DNA of 64,000 nucleotides from Candidatus Bathyarchaeota archaeon (GTDB lineage Archaea > Thermoproteota > Bathyarchaeia > Bathyarchaeales > Bathycorpusculaceae): assembly GCA_963833575.1 (NCBI GenBank), contig CAWHXY010000004.1:256001-320000 (forward strand). Reading direction: 5' to 3'. This document shows, piece by piece, positions 28,058 through 38,464 of the stretch. A model generated the notes under the pieces. It searched no databases. It saw nothing but the letters and a program-made list of their open reading frames with translations, and had not been told where the DNA came from. The position numbers and the translations under genes are program-made. Numbering within the stretch: position 1 is the stretch's first letter; each line of letters begins with the position of its first letter.

Positions 28058-29520
28058 ATGAACACAATGCCAGAAGCTCAAAACAAAGCACCTGCATCGC
28101 CTGTCCGACATAACAATATCGTGTTAGGCATAGTAATGCTTGGAACACTTATGGGTGCACTTGACAGCACCATAGTTCTCCTAGCTTTTCCTGTAATAAA
28201 TGACAGCCTTCACTCTGACCTTGCGACCTCATTGTGGATTATTCTGGCTTACCTTCTTGTCCTCGCCGTTGCAACAACTCAGATGGGCAGAATAGGGGAC
28301 ATTTATGGCAGGAGCAAAATATTCAATTTAGGATTCGTAATTTTCACCGTTGGCTCAGCCCTATGTGGTTTCTCACCCCACATTTACCCGCTCATAGCCT
28401 TCAGAGGCGTTCAAGCTGTAGGGGGAGCAATCATGCAGGCAACCAGCGGAGCCATAATAGCTGATTACTTCCCAAGAGAAAAACGTGGCAGAGCTTATGG
28501 TTATAATTCGCTTGGATTCACTGCTGGGGCAATGTTAGGCATTGTACTAGGGGAATAATAACCACATTTGTCAGTTGGCAATTCATTTTCTTCATCAACA
28601 TTCCAATCGGCGTAGTCGCCGTAGTTGTAGGTTATAGGTATATGAAGGATATTTCGCCGAGAACAGCTACAAAATTAAATCTTTCTGGGATGGCGTTGCT
28701 TGCTTCGGCATTAGTATTGCTCTCGTTGGGATTGGTCAGTTTCGCGGCTGAAGGACTTAGCGTTTTCAGCGTAGTCTTAGCAGTGATTGGAGCAGTCTTG
28801 TTGCCGGTCTTCATTTGGTATGACCGCCGACTTGATAATTCCATGATTGATTTCGAAGCATTCAAAAACAAGGTTCTAAGGAACGCAATTTTCTCGGCAT
28901 TCTTTACAAGCGTCGGATATTTCTCGGTAGTTTTTCTGGTAATAATGTATTTACAAGGTATAAGAGCGCTTACACCTTTGAACGCTTCCTTGCTACTGGT
29001 ACCTGGATATGTGGCCGGCAGTTTTCTCGGTCCAATAATGGGTAGACTCTCCGACAAATATGGCTCACGAGAAATAGCTACGCTGGGAATATTCTTCTTA
29101 GGATTGGCCGTTTTGATTTATTTGAGCTTAGGTGCCACTTCGCCACTATACATCGTGTTGCTGGCGTCAGCGGTTTCAGGTATAGGAACATCCATGTTCT
29201 TCCCAGCTAACAACAGCGCCGTAATGGCAAATGTGAGAACAGGTTCATTCGGCAGCATCTCTGGCTTACTTAGAACAGTCCAGAATATTGGGTTAGTTGG
29301 CAGTTACGTACTGGCAATCTCAGTTGCAGCAGCTTCAATACCAAGGCAAGTGGCTTTCGAAGTTTTCGTGGGAACAACAAACCTTTCTGGTGGGGTAAGT
29401 CAAGCATTCATCTCGGGGATAGATCACGCGTTTTATGCTTCAATAGCTATCTTGACAGTTGCAGGCGTACTGTCATATATCAGAGGAAAGGACGTAAGAA
29501 AACAAACAACTGCTAAATGA
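28058..29520 (+). pseudogene. MFS drug:H+ antiporter (EmrB/QacA, DHA2) split by a 1-nt frameshift
   Basis: ORFs 28058-28558 and 28642-29520 are the N- and C-terminal parts. Adding one G to the G4 run at 28550-28553 gives continuous [22 protein letters not shown]. May be a sequencing error. Confidence 0.85.
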
Positions 29521-29594
29521 AACTTTACTAAAACCTAATTACTCCGCTGCCACAATTAATTCTTAAATTATAGCAAATACTCTGGAGGCTTGGC

Positions 29595-30548
29595 TTGGGC
29601 AAACTCAAATTTGGAGTATTCCTTCCATTCTACGCATTCCAAGCGAAAGAGCCCCAAGAACACTTCAGGCTTATTCGTGACATTGTTTTAGAATGCGAAC
29701 ATTCAGGTTACGATTCAATTTGGCTTGACGACCATTTAATGTACAATGATTGGTCCATATTTGAAAGTTGGACAACCCTCTCCGCTCTTTCTTCAATAAC
29801 AAATAGCATACGTCTTGGAACTATGGTTTCCTGCAACGCACACAGAAACCCACCATTGCTTGCAAAAATGGCGGCTACACTTGATGTCATATCAGGAGGT
29901 AGGTTGGAGTTCGGCATAGGAGCAGGTATCCAAAAAAACGAGCATGACGCCTATGGTTTTGGCTTTTCTAAACAAAGCGTTCGAATCGAGCATTTGGGTG
30001 AGGCTTTGGAATTGACAAAACAATTGTGGACTAAGGAAAAAGCCAGCTACAGAGGAAACCATTATTCACTATTTGATGCGGTGTGCGAACCTAAACCCAT
30101 TCAGAAACCTCACCCTCCCGTAACGGTAGGCGGTGGTAGCGAACTTTTAATACAAAAAGTAACTGCACCTTATGCTAATAGGTTTGATTGGGGCTTCTTG
30201 CCTTCTGTTGAAATGTATAAGCTCAAACTTGAGATTTTGAAGAAACAATGCACAAAAATCGGCAGAAACTTTGAGGAAATTGAAAAATCCTGCTGGCCAG
30301 GGGGCCAAGTTCTAATTGCAAAAAATCAGAATGAGCTTAATGAAAAAATTTCTCAGCTCAAACCAGCAAACGTAAGAGTAGAAGACTTCAAAAAGACTAT
30401 CCTTGCAGCTATCCCTGACGAATGCGCCGATCGACTGAAGGTTTATACAGATTTAGGTGTGACTTATTTTATGTTATTTTTCTGCGATTTACCAAGGCCA
30501 GATAGTTTGAGACAGTTTTCAGAAAATGTTATCAGCAAAATGAGCTAA
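29595..30548 (+). CDS. LLM-class (luciferase-like) flavin/F420-dependent oxidoreductase
   Basis: GYDSIWLDDHL, RLGTMV, LAKMAATLDVISGGRLEFGIGAG, PKPIQKPHPP..VGG. Confidence 0.9.
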   Translation: MGKLKFGVFLPFYAFQAKEPQEHFRLIRDIVLECEHSGYDSIWLDDHLMYNDWSIFESWTTLSALSSITNSIRLGTMVSCNAHRNPPLLAKMAATLDVISGGRLEFGIGAGIQKNEHDAYGFGFSKQSVRIEHLGEALELTKQLWTKEKASYRGNHYSLFDAVCEPKPIQKPHPPVTVGGGSELLIQKVTAPYANRFDWGFLPSVEMYKLKLEILKKQCTKIGRNFEEIEKSCWPGGQVLIAKNQNELNEKISQLKPANVRVEDFKKTILAAIPDECADRLKVYTDLGVTYFMLFFCDLPRPDSLRQFSENVISKMS

Positions 30549-30871
30549 AGATCTCCTTGGGCAATATGCGATAGCTCATGAACAATAATTTCATCTAAGC
30601 TGTGGTAAGGATTTTCCCTAACTATAATGACATATTCGACATCGTCGGCTTTGTTAGCGTTAAACACGCATGCATCAGTACCATTTGTCGAAAGGGTTCT
30701 GCCCCACTCATAAATTTCGCGCATATCATCTGCGGGGCAGCGCCTATGATCAATTATGTAGTTAAAATCTTCGTCTGTTAACTTAAATGCTTTAATTTTA
30801 GGCAGCGGCTTGCTGGATAAAGTTTTCCATACCTTAACAAGTTTGCTTTGATGAATGCGCTTAGCGTCCAT
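30545..30871 (-). CDS. Small hypothetical protein with a C-terminal HExxH motif
   Basis: IIVHELSHIA near the C-terminus; ATG at 30871 chosen. Confidence 0.6.
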   Translation of the reverse strand: MDAKRIHQSKLVKVWKTLSSKPLPKIKAFKLTDEDFNYIIDHRRCPADDMREIYEWGRTLSTNGTDACVFNANKADDVEYVIIVRENPYHSLDEIIVHELSHIAQGDL

Positions 30872-31323
30872 ATGGATTCCTTCAACCAAAACCACAAAAA
30901 TACTTCCTACCAATTTCTTGCCCGTGAAAACTCACGCGCTCAATTTTCAAACAAAGGTAATCAAAATTAATAAGTATTTATTGTAAAAGTGTTTGCAGTA
31001 GTTAAGCCACTACAACAAGTAAGGTAATATCCATATTTTAGGACCTGATCTTTTTGAATTTTTGTCGTTAAGTCACCTTGTCAAAAAACTTGATTTGCGT
31101 TTCCTGTTTTTTCTATGGAAACTACCTCTGTCAGCTAGACGCATGATCATACTGTGATTTTTGGTTGGCTGAGTCCGGTTTCCCTTCGAATGCATTTTCG
31201 AAGACATTTCCGTTGTGAGCATCCATGGAAATTTTAATGAAACGTTTCAAGAAAACTGTTTCACAGTTGTTTCAGCGAACTATCTTACCATTCCAAGCCC
31301 ATATAGTATTCAGAGGTGAAAAA

Positions 31324-31614
31324 ATGATAAACACAAAAGCTATAGTGCTCCTAATAGCAGCCTCAGTCCTCGTAGCAGCAGTTGCAGGTATTGCTTTCGC
31401 CCAATACGTTGGTTCACAAACCAACGGAACTATCACAAGCCAGACCCCACAAGGCACAACCGGTTCTACAGGCGCAACCTATCTGTACCCACAACAAGGC
31501 TACAACCTGTATCAACACAATATGGTTATCCACTCGGTAATGAAAGAGGTATGGGCATGTGCAGTCGCTTCTGGAGAATTAGCGACTAACAACCCTCTTG
31601 TTTTCTTTGCCTAA
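31324..31614 (+). CDS. Small secreted low-complexity protein, possibly frameshifted near its 3' end
   Basis: Signal-peptide-like N-terminus after GAGGTG and a T/G/Q/Y-rich body. An alternative frame at 31518-31589 reads QYGYPLGNERGMGMCSRFW. Confidence 0.55.
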   Translation: MINTKAIVLLIAASVLVAAVAGIAFAQYVGSQTNGTITSQTPQGTTGSTGATYLYPQQGYNLYQHNMVIHSVMKEVWACAVASGELATNNPLVFFA

Positions 31615-31621
31615 CTTTTGT

Positions 31622-33250
31622 CTATTCGGATGGAGTTGGCGAGTACCTGCTTAAGTAGCCTTTAGAGATCTTTGGTTTGCGTGGCTTCCATGTAGCTATT
31701 CGCTCTTTAAGCTCTTTATCTGATAACTCAACTTTCAAGACCCTGTTGGGTATGTCAATTGTTATTTTGTCGCCATTTTTTATAGCGGCAATTGGGCCTC
31801 CGTCAAAAGCCTCAGGTGCAACGTGTCCGATGCATGGTCCACGAGTGGCACCGGAAAATCTGCCGTCCGTAATCAAAGCTACGCTTTCGCTTAGACCCAT
31901 ACCTGCAATTGTAGCTGTGGGAATTAGCATTTCGGGCATTCCAGGTCCACCTTTTGGTCCTTCATAACGGATAACCACTACGTCGCCTGCCACTACTTCA
32001 TGTCGTTTCATTGCTTCTTCAGCTTCGTGTTCTGAATCGTAAACTTTCGCTGGTCCTTGATGTTTCATCATCTTAGGTGACACTGCCGCCATTTTCACAA
32101 CTGCACCATGAGGAGCTAAATTGCCTTTGAGTATAGCTACGCCGCCTTCCTTGTGAACAGGATTATTGAGTGGGCGAATGACTTCGGCATTGATTATTTT
32201 GGCTTCTGCGACGTTTTCCCCAACAGTTTTACCAGTAACTGTTAAGGCATCGAAGTGAACGAATTGTTTAAGCTCTTTAATTAGTGCAGGTATGCCGCCG
32301 GCATTGCCTAGATCTGCCATGTCATAATCTCCGCTTGGAACCATGCTGCAGAGGTGTGGGACTTTTCGTCCTATTTCGTCATATTTTGCTAGACTAAGTT
32401 TAGCTCCTGCTTCTGTAGCGATAGCTGAAAGGTGCAAGATCGAATTTGTAGAGCCTCCAAGCGCCATGTCTACTGCCGCAGCGTTTTCAAAGGCGTTCTG
32501 GGTCATGATTTGTGAAGGCTTAATGTCTTTTTTGACTAATTCAACGATTTGTGTTCCGGTTTGCTTGGCAATTCTTTGTTTAAGTGCGCCATTTGCAAGA
32601 GCTGTGGCACAGTAAGGAAGAGACATGCCTAAGGCTTCAGTCAAGCAAGCCATGGTGTTTGCTGTGAACATACCGTTGCAGGAACCACAGCCGGGGCAAG
32701 CTACGTTTTCAAGTCTTGCTGATTCTGCGGCAGTCATTTTGCCGGCGAAGACTTTGCCGACGGCTTCAAAAACATTGTTGACTCCGACTTTTTGTCCATC
32801 CAGTACGCCTGACTCCATTGGTCCACCTGTGACGGATATAGCAGGCACATTTATTCTTGCGGCTGCCATAAGCATTCCTGGAGTGACTTTATCACAGTTT
32901 GAAATCATCACCATGCCGTCGAGACGGTGAGCTTGCATCATTATTTCAACTGAGTCAGCTATTAATTCGCGACTTGGAAGCGAATACCGCATGCCTTCAT
33001 GCCCCATGGCTATGCCATCGCACACGGCTATCGTGTCAAATTCAAAAGGTATTCCGCCTGCTTCCAGAATTCCCTCTTTAACCGCTTCACCTAGAGCTCT
33101 AAGGTGAACATGCCCTGGAACAATTGATGTGTAACTGTTAGCTACTCCGATGAATGGTTTAGCGAAATCTTGATCTGTTAAACCTAGACTTTTCAGTAGG
33201 GCTCGGTGTGGTGCTCGTTCAGTTCCTTTTTTTATTTCGTCGCTCCTCAT
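31622..33250 (-). CDS. ilvD: Dihydroxy-acid dehydratase
   Basis: [65 protein letters not shown]. Confidence 0.97.
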   Translation of the reverse strand: MRSDEIKKGTERAPHRALLKSLGLTDQDFAKPFIGVANSYTSIVPGHVHLRALGEAVKEGILEAGGIPFEFDTIAVCDGIAMGHEGMRYSLPSRELIADSVEIMMQAHRLDGMVMISNCDKVTPGMLMAAARINVPAISVTGGPMESGVLDGQKVGVNNVFEAVGKVFAGKMTAAESARLENVACPGCGSCNGMFTANTMACLTEALGMSLPYCATALANGALKQRIAKQTGTQIVELVKKDIKPSQIMTQNAFENAAAVDMALGGSTNSILHLSAIATEAGAKLSLAKYDEIGRKVPHLCSMVPSGDYDMADLGNAGGIPALIKELKQFVHFDALTVTGKTVGENVAEAKIINAEVIRPLNNPVHKEGGVAILKGNLAPHGAVVKMAAVSPKMMKHQGPAKVYDSEHEAEEAMKRHEVVAGDVVVIRYEGPKGGPGMPEMLIPTATIAGMGLSESVALITDGRFSGATRGPCIGHVAPEAFDGGPIAAIKNGDKITIDIPNRVLKVELSDKELKERIATWKPRKPKISKGYLSRYSPTPSE

Positions 33251-33337
33251 ACCTGTAACCTCGTGTGCATTAAGACACCCATAATTTTATATTTAAGGTT
33301 GACGCACTGAAAAAAAGAGATGTAACTTAAATGGGGT

Positions 33338-34858
33338 ATTGCTTTATTCAACCGTTTCCCTAAACATGTAAAATTTTTAGACACCACCCTCCGTGATGGA
33401 GAACAAACACCTGGAGTATCACTTGTTCCTGAAAATAAATTAAGAATTGCTCAACGTTTAGACGAACTTGGTGTAGACGTAATCGAAGTTGGGTTCGCCG
33501 CCGTTTCTGAAGGCGAAATGGAATCAGTACGCCTAATTGCTAAACAAGGCTTGAAAGCTGCAATCTCAAGCGCAGCAAGAGGAACAAAAAACGACATCGA
33601 TGCTGTCCTAAAAGCTGGAGCCTCAACAGTAAGCATGATCATTCCAACATCTGATTTACACATTGAATGTAAACTACACAAGACACGAGAACAAATCCTT
33701 AAGTCAACAGACGAATGTGTAGGATACGCTAAAAGACATGGTTTAGTGGTGGAGCTTTTAGCGGAAGATGCAACCCGCTCTGACTTTGATTACTTAACAA
33801 AGGTTTTCCAAACCGCCGTTGATGCTGGAGTAGACAGAGTTATTCCATGCGATACCGTCGGAATCTTAACGCCAGAGCGTTCAGCAGAGTTCTTCTCGAA
33901 ACTAAAAGACAAAATAAAGGTTCCAGTAGGCGTACATTGCCACAATGATTTTGGCATGGCCGTCGCCAACACAATTGCCGCTTTAGGCTCTGGTGCAGAA
34001 GAAGTACATGCAACCATAAACGGACTAGGGGAACGCGCAGGAAACGCATCACTGGAAGAAGTAGTTGTGACATTAAAGTCGCTCTACAAAATGGATATAA
34101 ACATAAAAACAGAGTTGCTCTACAGTACCTCCCAGCTGGTTTCAAGATTAACTGGGGTTTATGTACAACCTAACAAAGCAATTGTCGGCGAAAATGCTTT
34201 CACTCATGAGTCAGGAATTCATACACAGGGGATGCTTGCCAACCCGTTAACTTACGAACCTATTGCTCCAGAATTGGTCGGTTGCAAACGCCGCATTTCA
34301 CCCGGGAAACATTCTGGATCTCATGCAATACGCGCAGATTTAGAAAGCATGGGTCTCAAACCTAGTCAAGAACAGTTTAAGGAGATATTCCAACGTATCA
34401 AAGAGCTAGGTGATAAAGGCAAAACCGTCATGGATGCCGATGTGCTTGCTATAGCAGAAAACGTTATGGGCTTAAGCAAAGCTAAACCGATTCGGCTGGA
34501 AGAAATGACATTTGTTGGTGGCGATAAAGTAACGGCAACTGCTTCTGTACGACTCGCATTGAACGGCAAGGATGTATGGGGTGCAGCAGTCGGAGTAGGC
34601 CCAGTAGATGCAGCCATAAATGCGGTCAAGAATGCTATTGCAGAAGTCGAACCTATCACGCTTGAACAATATATGGTTAAAGCCATTACAGGCGGCACAG
34701 ACGCCATGGTCGAAGTAGAAGTGCGAATGCGCAAAGGCAACAGAGCAGTGACAGCTATGGGAGTCCGCGAAGACATAGTTAAAGCAAGTATGGAAGCAGT
34801 CTTAAGCGCTATGAACGTGTTAACAACAGACTACAACAACAAAAAAAGCCACAGCTAA
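33338..34858 (+). CDS. 2-isopropylmalate/(R)-citramalate synthase family (LeuA/CimA) with C-terminal regulatory domain
   Basis: The frame is open upstream of the ORF-track ATG (33518) and encodes FLDTTLRDGEQTPG; also HCHNDFGMA, GLGERAGNA, HESGIH, G.GPVDA. True start unresolved. Confidence 0.92.
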   Translation: MALFNRFPKHVKFLDTTLRDGEQTPGVSLVPENKLRIAQRLDELGVDVIEVGFAAVSEGEMESVRLIAKQGLKAAISSAARGTKNDIDAVLKAGASTVSMIIPTSDLHIECKLHKTREQILKSTDECVGYAKRHGLVVELLAEDATRSDFDYLTKVFQTAVDAGVDRVIPCDTVGILTPERSAEFFSKLKDKIKVPVGVHCHNDFGMAVANTIAALGSGAEEVHATINGLGERAGNASLEEVVVTLKSLYKMDINIKTELLYSTSQLVSRLTGVYVQPNKAIVGENAFTHESGIHTQGMLANPLTYEPIAPELVGCKRRISPGKHSGSHAIRADLESMGLKPSQEQFKEIFQRIKELGDKGKTVMDADVLAIAENVMGLSKAKPIRLEEMTFVGGDKVTATASVRLALNGKDVWGAAVGVGPVDAAINAVKNAIAEVEPITLEQYMVKAITGGTDAMVEVEVRMRKGNRAVTAMGVREDIVKASMEAVLSAMNVLTTDYNNKKSHS

Positions 34859-34974
34859 AATATGCACTGAATTTTTTTCTTAGTATTTTGCAAGAATTTT
34901 TCCTAAGTCAGTAATACAATACTAATAATTCAAGTAAGCAAACTTAAGTATTACCAAAATAATAAGTATTAATA

Positions 34975-35253
34975 GTGATAGATTTGTTTGAAGTCATCAG
35001 TGTTACAAAAAAAGGACAAGCGACAATACCCAAAAAACTAAGAAAGAAATACGGAATTAAAGACAAAATATTAGTAGAAGACAATGGAAAAGAAATAATA
35101 ATAAAACCTCTTCCATCTCCAGATGAAGCCTTTGGTTCATTAAAATCAATGTTCAAAGGAAAAACAGCAAAGGAATTACTCGAAGAAGCAAGAAAAGAAG
35201 AATTTACGCAAGATGAAAAGTGGATTAAACGTGCTAGAGCGGCTAACATTTGA
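34975..35253 (+). CDS. vapB: AbrB/MazE/SpoVT family antitoxin
   Basis: VTKKGQATIPKKLRKKYGI; overlaps the downstream PIN gene. Confidence 0.88.
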   Translation: MIDLFEVISVTKKGQATIPKKLRKKYGIKDKILVEDNGKEIIIKPLPSPDEAFGSLKSMFKGKTAKELLEEARKEEFTQDEKWIKRARAANI

Positions 35254-35632
35254 TTCTGAACCTATTTTAGCCTTTTACTTAGGTGAAGCAGGCGGCGAAA
35301 TAGTTAACGAATTCCTAAAAAAAATTCAAAAAGGCGAAACTGAAGGTTACATCAACGTAGTTAACTTAACTGAAATTTATTACATTTTATCAAGGGGAAG
35401 CCCGTTGATCGCTGAAAAAACCCAAAGAGAACTCCGTTTATTCGGTTTAAAGGTTATTCCAGTAGAAGATAACGGTTTATGGCGCGAAGCTGGAAAAATA
35501 AAATGCAACCATTCACTATCGCTTGCAGACGCTTTCGCTGTTGCCACAGCTCAGAATTTAAAGACCAAACTTGTAGTCGGCAGCGACAAAGAATTCAACA
35601 ACATGGATGTCCAACTTCTAAGAATACGTTGA
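35231..35632 (+). CDS. vapC: PIN-domain VapC toxin
   Basis: FDSE, NLTEIYY, LSLADAFAVATA, V.SD.EF; GTG at 35231 overlaps the antitoxin end. Confidence 0.88.
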   Translation: MLERLTFDSEPILAFYLGEAGGEIVNEFLKKIQKGETEGYINVVNLTEIYYILSRGSPLIAEKTQRELRLFGLKVIPVEDNGLWREAGKIKCNHSLSLADAFAVATAQNLKTKLVVGSDKEFNNMDVQLLRIR

Positions 35633-35641
35633 ATTTTACCA

Positions 35642-36415
35642 CTACGCGCTTATTTTTGGTGGTGGACGCACTCGTTTTCTGCCGAGTTTAATGCGTAGCG
35701 CGATGCGGTAGAGTTTGCGCAGTGACTTTACCAACTGCTCAAGGGTTGGTGCTGAGGAGAATATGAGTGGTATTTGCTCGTACTCAGCTATTCGTATGGC
35801 TTCTGCGTCAGGCGGAGTTTTGTGGAACACCACAATCCTTGGCTTTAAACTGCTGACTCGTACAATCATCATGGGCAAGGCGCCTGTTTCTACATTTGTG
35901 AAAATGAGTGCGCGATCAGTCGTAGCTCCGAAAAGCTGGGTGTACTCCGAACCTGAGTAGGTTTCAACCGCTTTGGTGCTATCGATAACTGTGTAACCAT
36001 TCACTTCTTTAACATACTTATCTTTACAAGCCACTACTTCGCCGTTAATTGCCCTGCACAAATACTCAACTCGAACTGGAATAGGAAACTCACGCAAATC
36101 TACCACAGCCATACTTGGTGAACTAGTAAGTCTGGCGAATTCCCGAATAAAGCGGCTGCCTTTTCCTTCATCAATGTGCAAAAGCGAGAGCACGAATCGT
36201 CTTATGAATTTGGCTCCCGGACTTTTTCGTCGCCCACTCTCATAGTCGCTAATAACACCTGAAGATGACAACCCCATAGTCTCGGAAAGCGTCGTTTGGG
36301 AAACAGCGAAAAGCTCTCGCCATTTCCTCATAGTAGATCCTGGTTTGCCTGAAAGAATTATTTCTCCAGCAATTCTTCTTGCTAAAACTTCCCTGAGGCT
36401 AGGCGATACTGACAT
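35642..36415 (-). CDS. XRE-type HTH transcriptional regulator (conserved archaeal COG1709-like)
   Basis: RIAGEIILS..PG..MRKWRELF.VSQ, VISDYESGRRKSPG, RALIFTNV. Confidence 0.85.
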   Translation of the reverse strand: MSVSPSLREVLARRIAGEIILSGKPGSTMRKWRELFAVSQTTLSETMGLSSSGVISDYESGRRKSPGAKFIRRFVLSLLHIDEGKGSRFIREFARLTSSPSMAVVDLREFPIPVRVEYLCRAINGEVVACKDKYVKEVNGYTVIDSTKAVETYSGSEYTQLFGATTDRALIFTNVETGALPMMIVRVSSLKPRIVVFHKTPPDAEAIRIAEYEQIPLIFSSAPTLEQLVKSLRKLYRIALRIKLGRKRVRPPPKISA

Positions 36416-36621
36416 TAAGTGGCTCCACGGTTTGCACTCTTCTCTTAAGTTAGACATATAAAACTTTAGTGCCTTCAAAAAAATAGAGAATCAACGGTTA
36501 AGCTCTTTTTCCAAAAAATTATGTATATTAACTTTGGGGTAAAGCATGGATTTTTAGTTCTTATTAATTTGAGTTATCGCTTGCTGCATTTTGAAATTCT
36601 AAATTGATTTATTAGGAAGTT

Positions 36622-36679
36622 TTGCGTAGTAGAGGAGTAACGTTCCCAGTCGAAAAGACAGCAAGAACGTTCCTCGCAA
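36622..36679 (+). promoter_or_regulatory. Long imperfect hairpin immediately upstream of the alba RBS
   Basis: TTGC/GCAA, GAGG/CCTC, AACGTTC/GAACGTT and GTC-GAAAA-GAC form nested complementary segments. Confidence 0.5.
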
Positions 36680-36704
36680 TGAAAATAAAAAGGAGTTGAT
36701 ATAT

Positions 36705-36995
36705 ATGGCAGAAAAACCAAATGATGTAATCTTCGTTGGAAACAAACCACCCATGAGCTATGTACTCGCTATCATAACAGCATTCTCTTCAGGCGCAGGG
36801 AAAGAAATTACCCTAAAAGCAAGAGGACAAGCAATTACTACCGCCGTTGACGTTGCAGAAATTACAAGAAGCCGCTTCCTAAAAGACCTCAAAGTAACAA
36901 AGATCGCAATCGGCACCGCAGAGATGCCACCAAGAGAAGGCGAAAACAGGTCTCGAATGGTTTCAACGATAGAAATTACTCTTACAAAAGAGTAA
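36705..36995 (+). CDS. albA: DNA/RNA-binding protein Alba
   Basis: IFVGNKPPMSYVLA, LKARGQAITTAVDVAEI, VSTIEITL; ATG at 36705 after AGGAG. Confidence 0.96.
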   Translation: MAEKPNDVIFVGNKPPMSYVLAIITAFSSGAGKEITLKARGQAITTAVDVAEITRSRFLKDLKVTKIAIGTAEMPPREGENRSRMVSTIEITLTKE

Positions 36996-37066
36996 ACCAT
37001 GGCGAACAAAAACCATTAACCTGGGAGTATAAGCTCTCCAATCTTTTTACATATTAATTTTTTGTA

Positions 37067-37912
37067 CTATTTTTTCATGTAAATCTCAACTTTCTCTACA
37101 ATTTGACTGAAAGCTTTAGCTGCAGATGAATCTTTGTGTGCAATAATAAATGGGTGGCCTTTGTCCGAATCCGCTCCTACGGTAGGATCTATAGGAATAC
37201 TTCCTAGAAAGGGAACACCAGTTTCTTGAGCCATTTTTTTGCCGCCTCCTGACTGGAAAATCTCGGTTTTTTTTCCACAATGGGGGCAAACAAAACCGCT
37301 CATGTTCTCTACAACGCCAATTATGGGCATTTTCATTCTTTCAGCGAAAGTAATTGCCTTTTTTACTACTGTACTTGAAAGGCCTGTGGGCATGGTGACG
37401 ATTACAACTCCGTCCATTTCTGGGAGAAGTTGAGCAATGCTGAGTGGTTCATCACCGGTTCCTGGAGGCAAATCGATGAATAGATAATCAAGTTCTCCCC
37501 AAACAATATCAGTGAGGAACTGGCGAATTGCCCTCATCTTTAGTGGTCCACGCCAAATTGTAGGAGCCTCCTCTGGCAAAAAGAAGTCAATAGACATAAC
37601 TTTCATACCTAACGGGCCCTCAACTGGGAAAGCTCCTAAGGGACCAGTTTCTACGATTTGACCTTCTAAACCAAGAAGTTTAGGAACACTTGGCCCATGA
37701 ATATCCGCGTCTAAAACGCCAACTTTGTTTCCCATTTGCGCAAAAGCGGTTGCCAGATTCACGGTTACAGTGCTTTTTCCTACGCCACCTTTACCGCTTA
37801 TAATGGCAATTTTATGTTTAATTTTGCCCATTCTTTCTTTTAGATTCTGTTGTGATTCTGTTTGCTGATTCTTGTAAGCTTCAAGTTGAGCCATGTTTCT
37901 TTCTAAAGCCAT
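37067..37912 (-). CDS. mrp: Mrp/NBP35 Fe-S cluster carrier ATPase
   Basis: SGKGGVGKSTV, DADIHGPS, IWRGP, DLPPGTGD, ENMS.F.CPHCG. Confidence 0.95.
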   Translation of the reverse strand: MALERNMAQLEAYKNQQTESQQNLKERMGKIKHKIAIISGKGGVGKSTVTVNLATAFAQMGNKVGVLDADIHGPSVPKLLGLEGQIVETGPLGAFPVEGPLGMKVMSIDFFLPEEAPTIWRGPLKMRAIRQFLTDIVWGELDYLFIDLPPGTGDEPLSIAQLLPEMDGVVIVTMPTGLSSTVVKKAITFAERMKMPIIGVVENMSGFVCPHCGKKTEIFQSGGGKKMAQETGVPFLGSIPIDPTVGADSDKGHPFIIAHKDSSAAKAFSQIVEKVEIYMKK

Positions 37913-38029
37913 TCAAAAAACACCAATTTACAAGTTGTTAAGGTTTGATTCTTAAGTGAGCTAAAAAAGTTTGCGGTTGATTGATACTGCTGAGTTACCA
38001 CAAAGGTAAAAAAATTCGAGAAATATTTT

Positions 38030-38353
38030 TTATGCTTCCTCAACCGAGGATAGCTCAAACTTGAATAAATCTCCGCCCTTTTCTTTAATTATTTTTATTG
38101 TTTCTTTGTCTGATACTTTGGCCATACTCTTTTCTTCTTCAGGAGACATTTTCGCTTTGAACACTCGAAATGTCGCCACATAATTTTCTCCCTTTTCCAT
38201 TTCTTCTAACAAACTGCTGTTAGGCACATCGAGTACAAAAGGCACCATCGTCTCCATATCCAGTGCATCAATTTCCCGAAGTTTAAGGTCTATATCAATA
38301 ACATTAATTCGTTTTGTTTTGAACTCATAAAATTCCCACTTAGGCTCTTTCAT
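38030..38353 (-). CDS. Hypothetical protein
   Basis: 107-aa ORF with an ATG after GAGGT; no motif recognised. Confidence 0.6.
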   Translation of the reverse strand: MKEPKWEFYEFKTKRINVIDIDLKLREIDALDMETMVPFVLDVPNSSLLEEMEKGENYVATFRVFKAKMSPEEEKSMAKVSDKETIKIIKEKGGDLFKFELSSVEEA

Positions 38354-38464
38354 TATTTTTTACCTCATATTTGTGTTATTATAGCCTATTTATATTGATT
38401 TTTCATTGCCTCGTTTGACAAAAGAAGAAATTCACGATAGTTTTATGGATTCACAATTAAGTTG

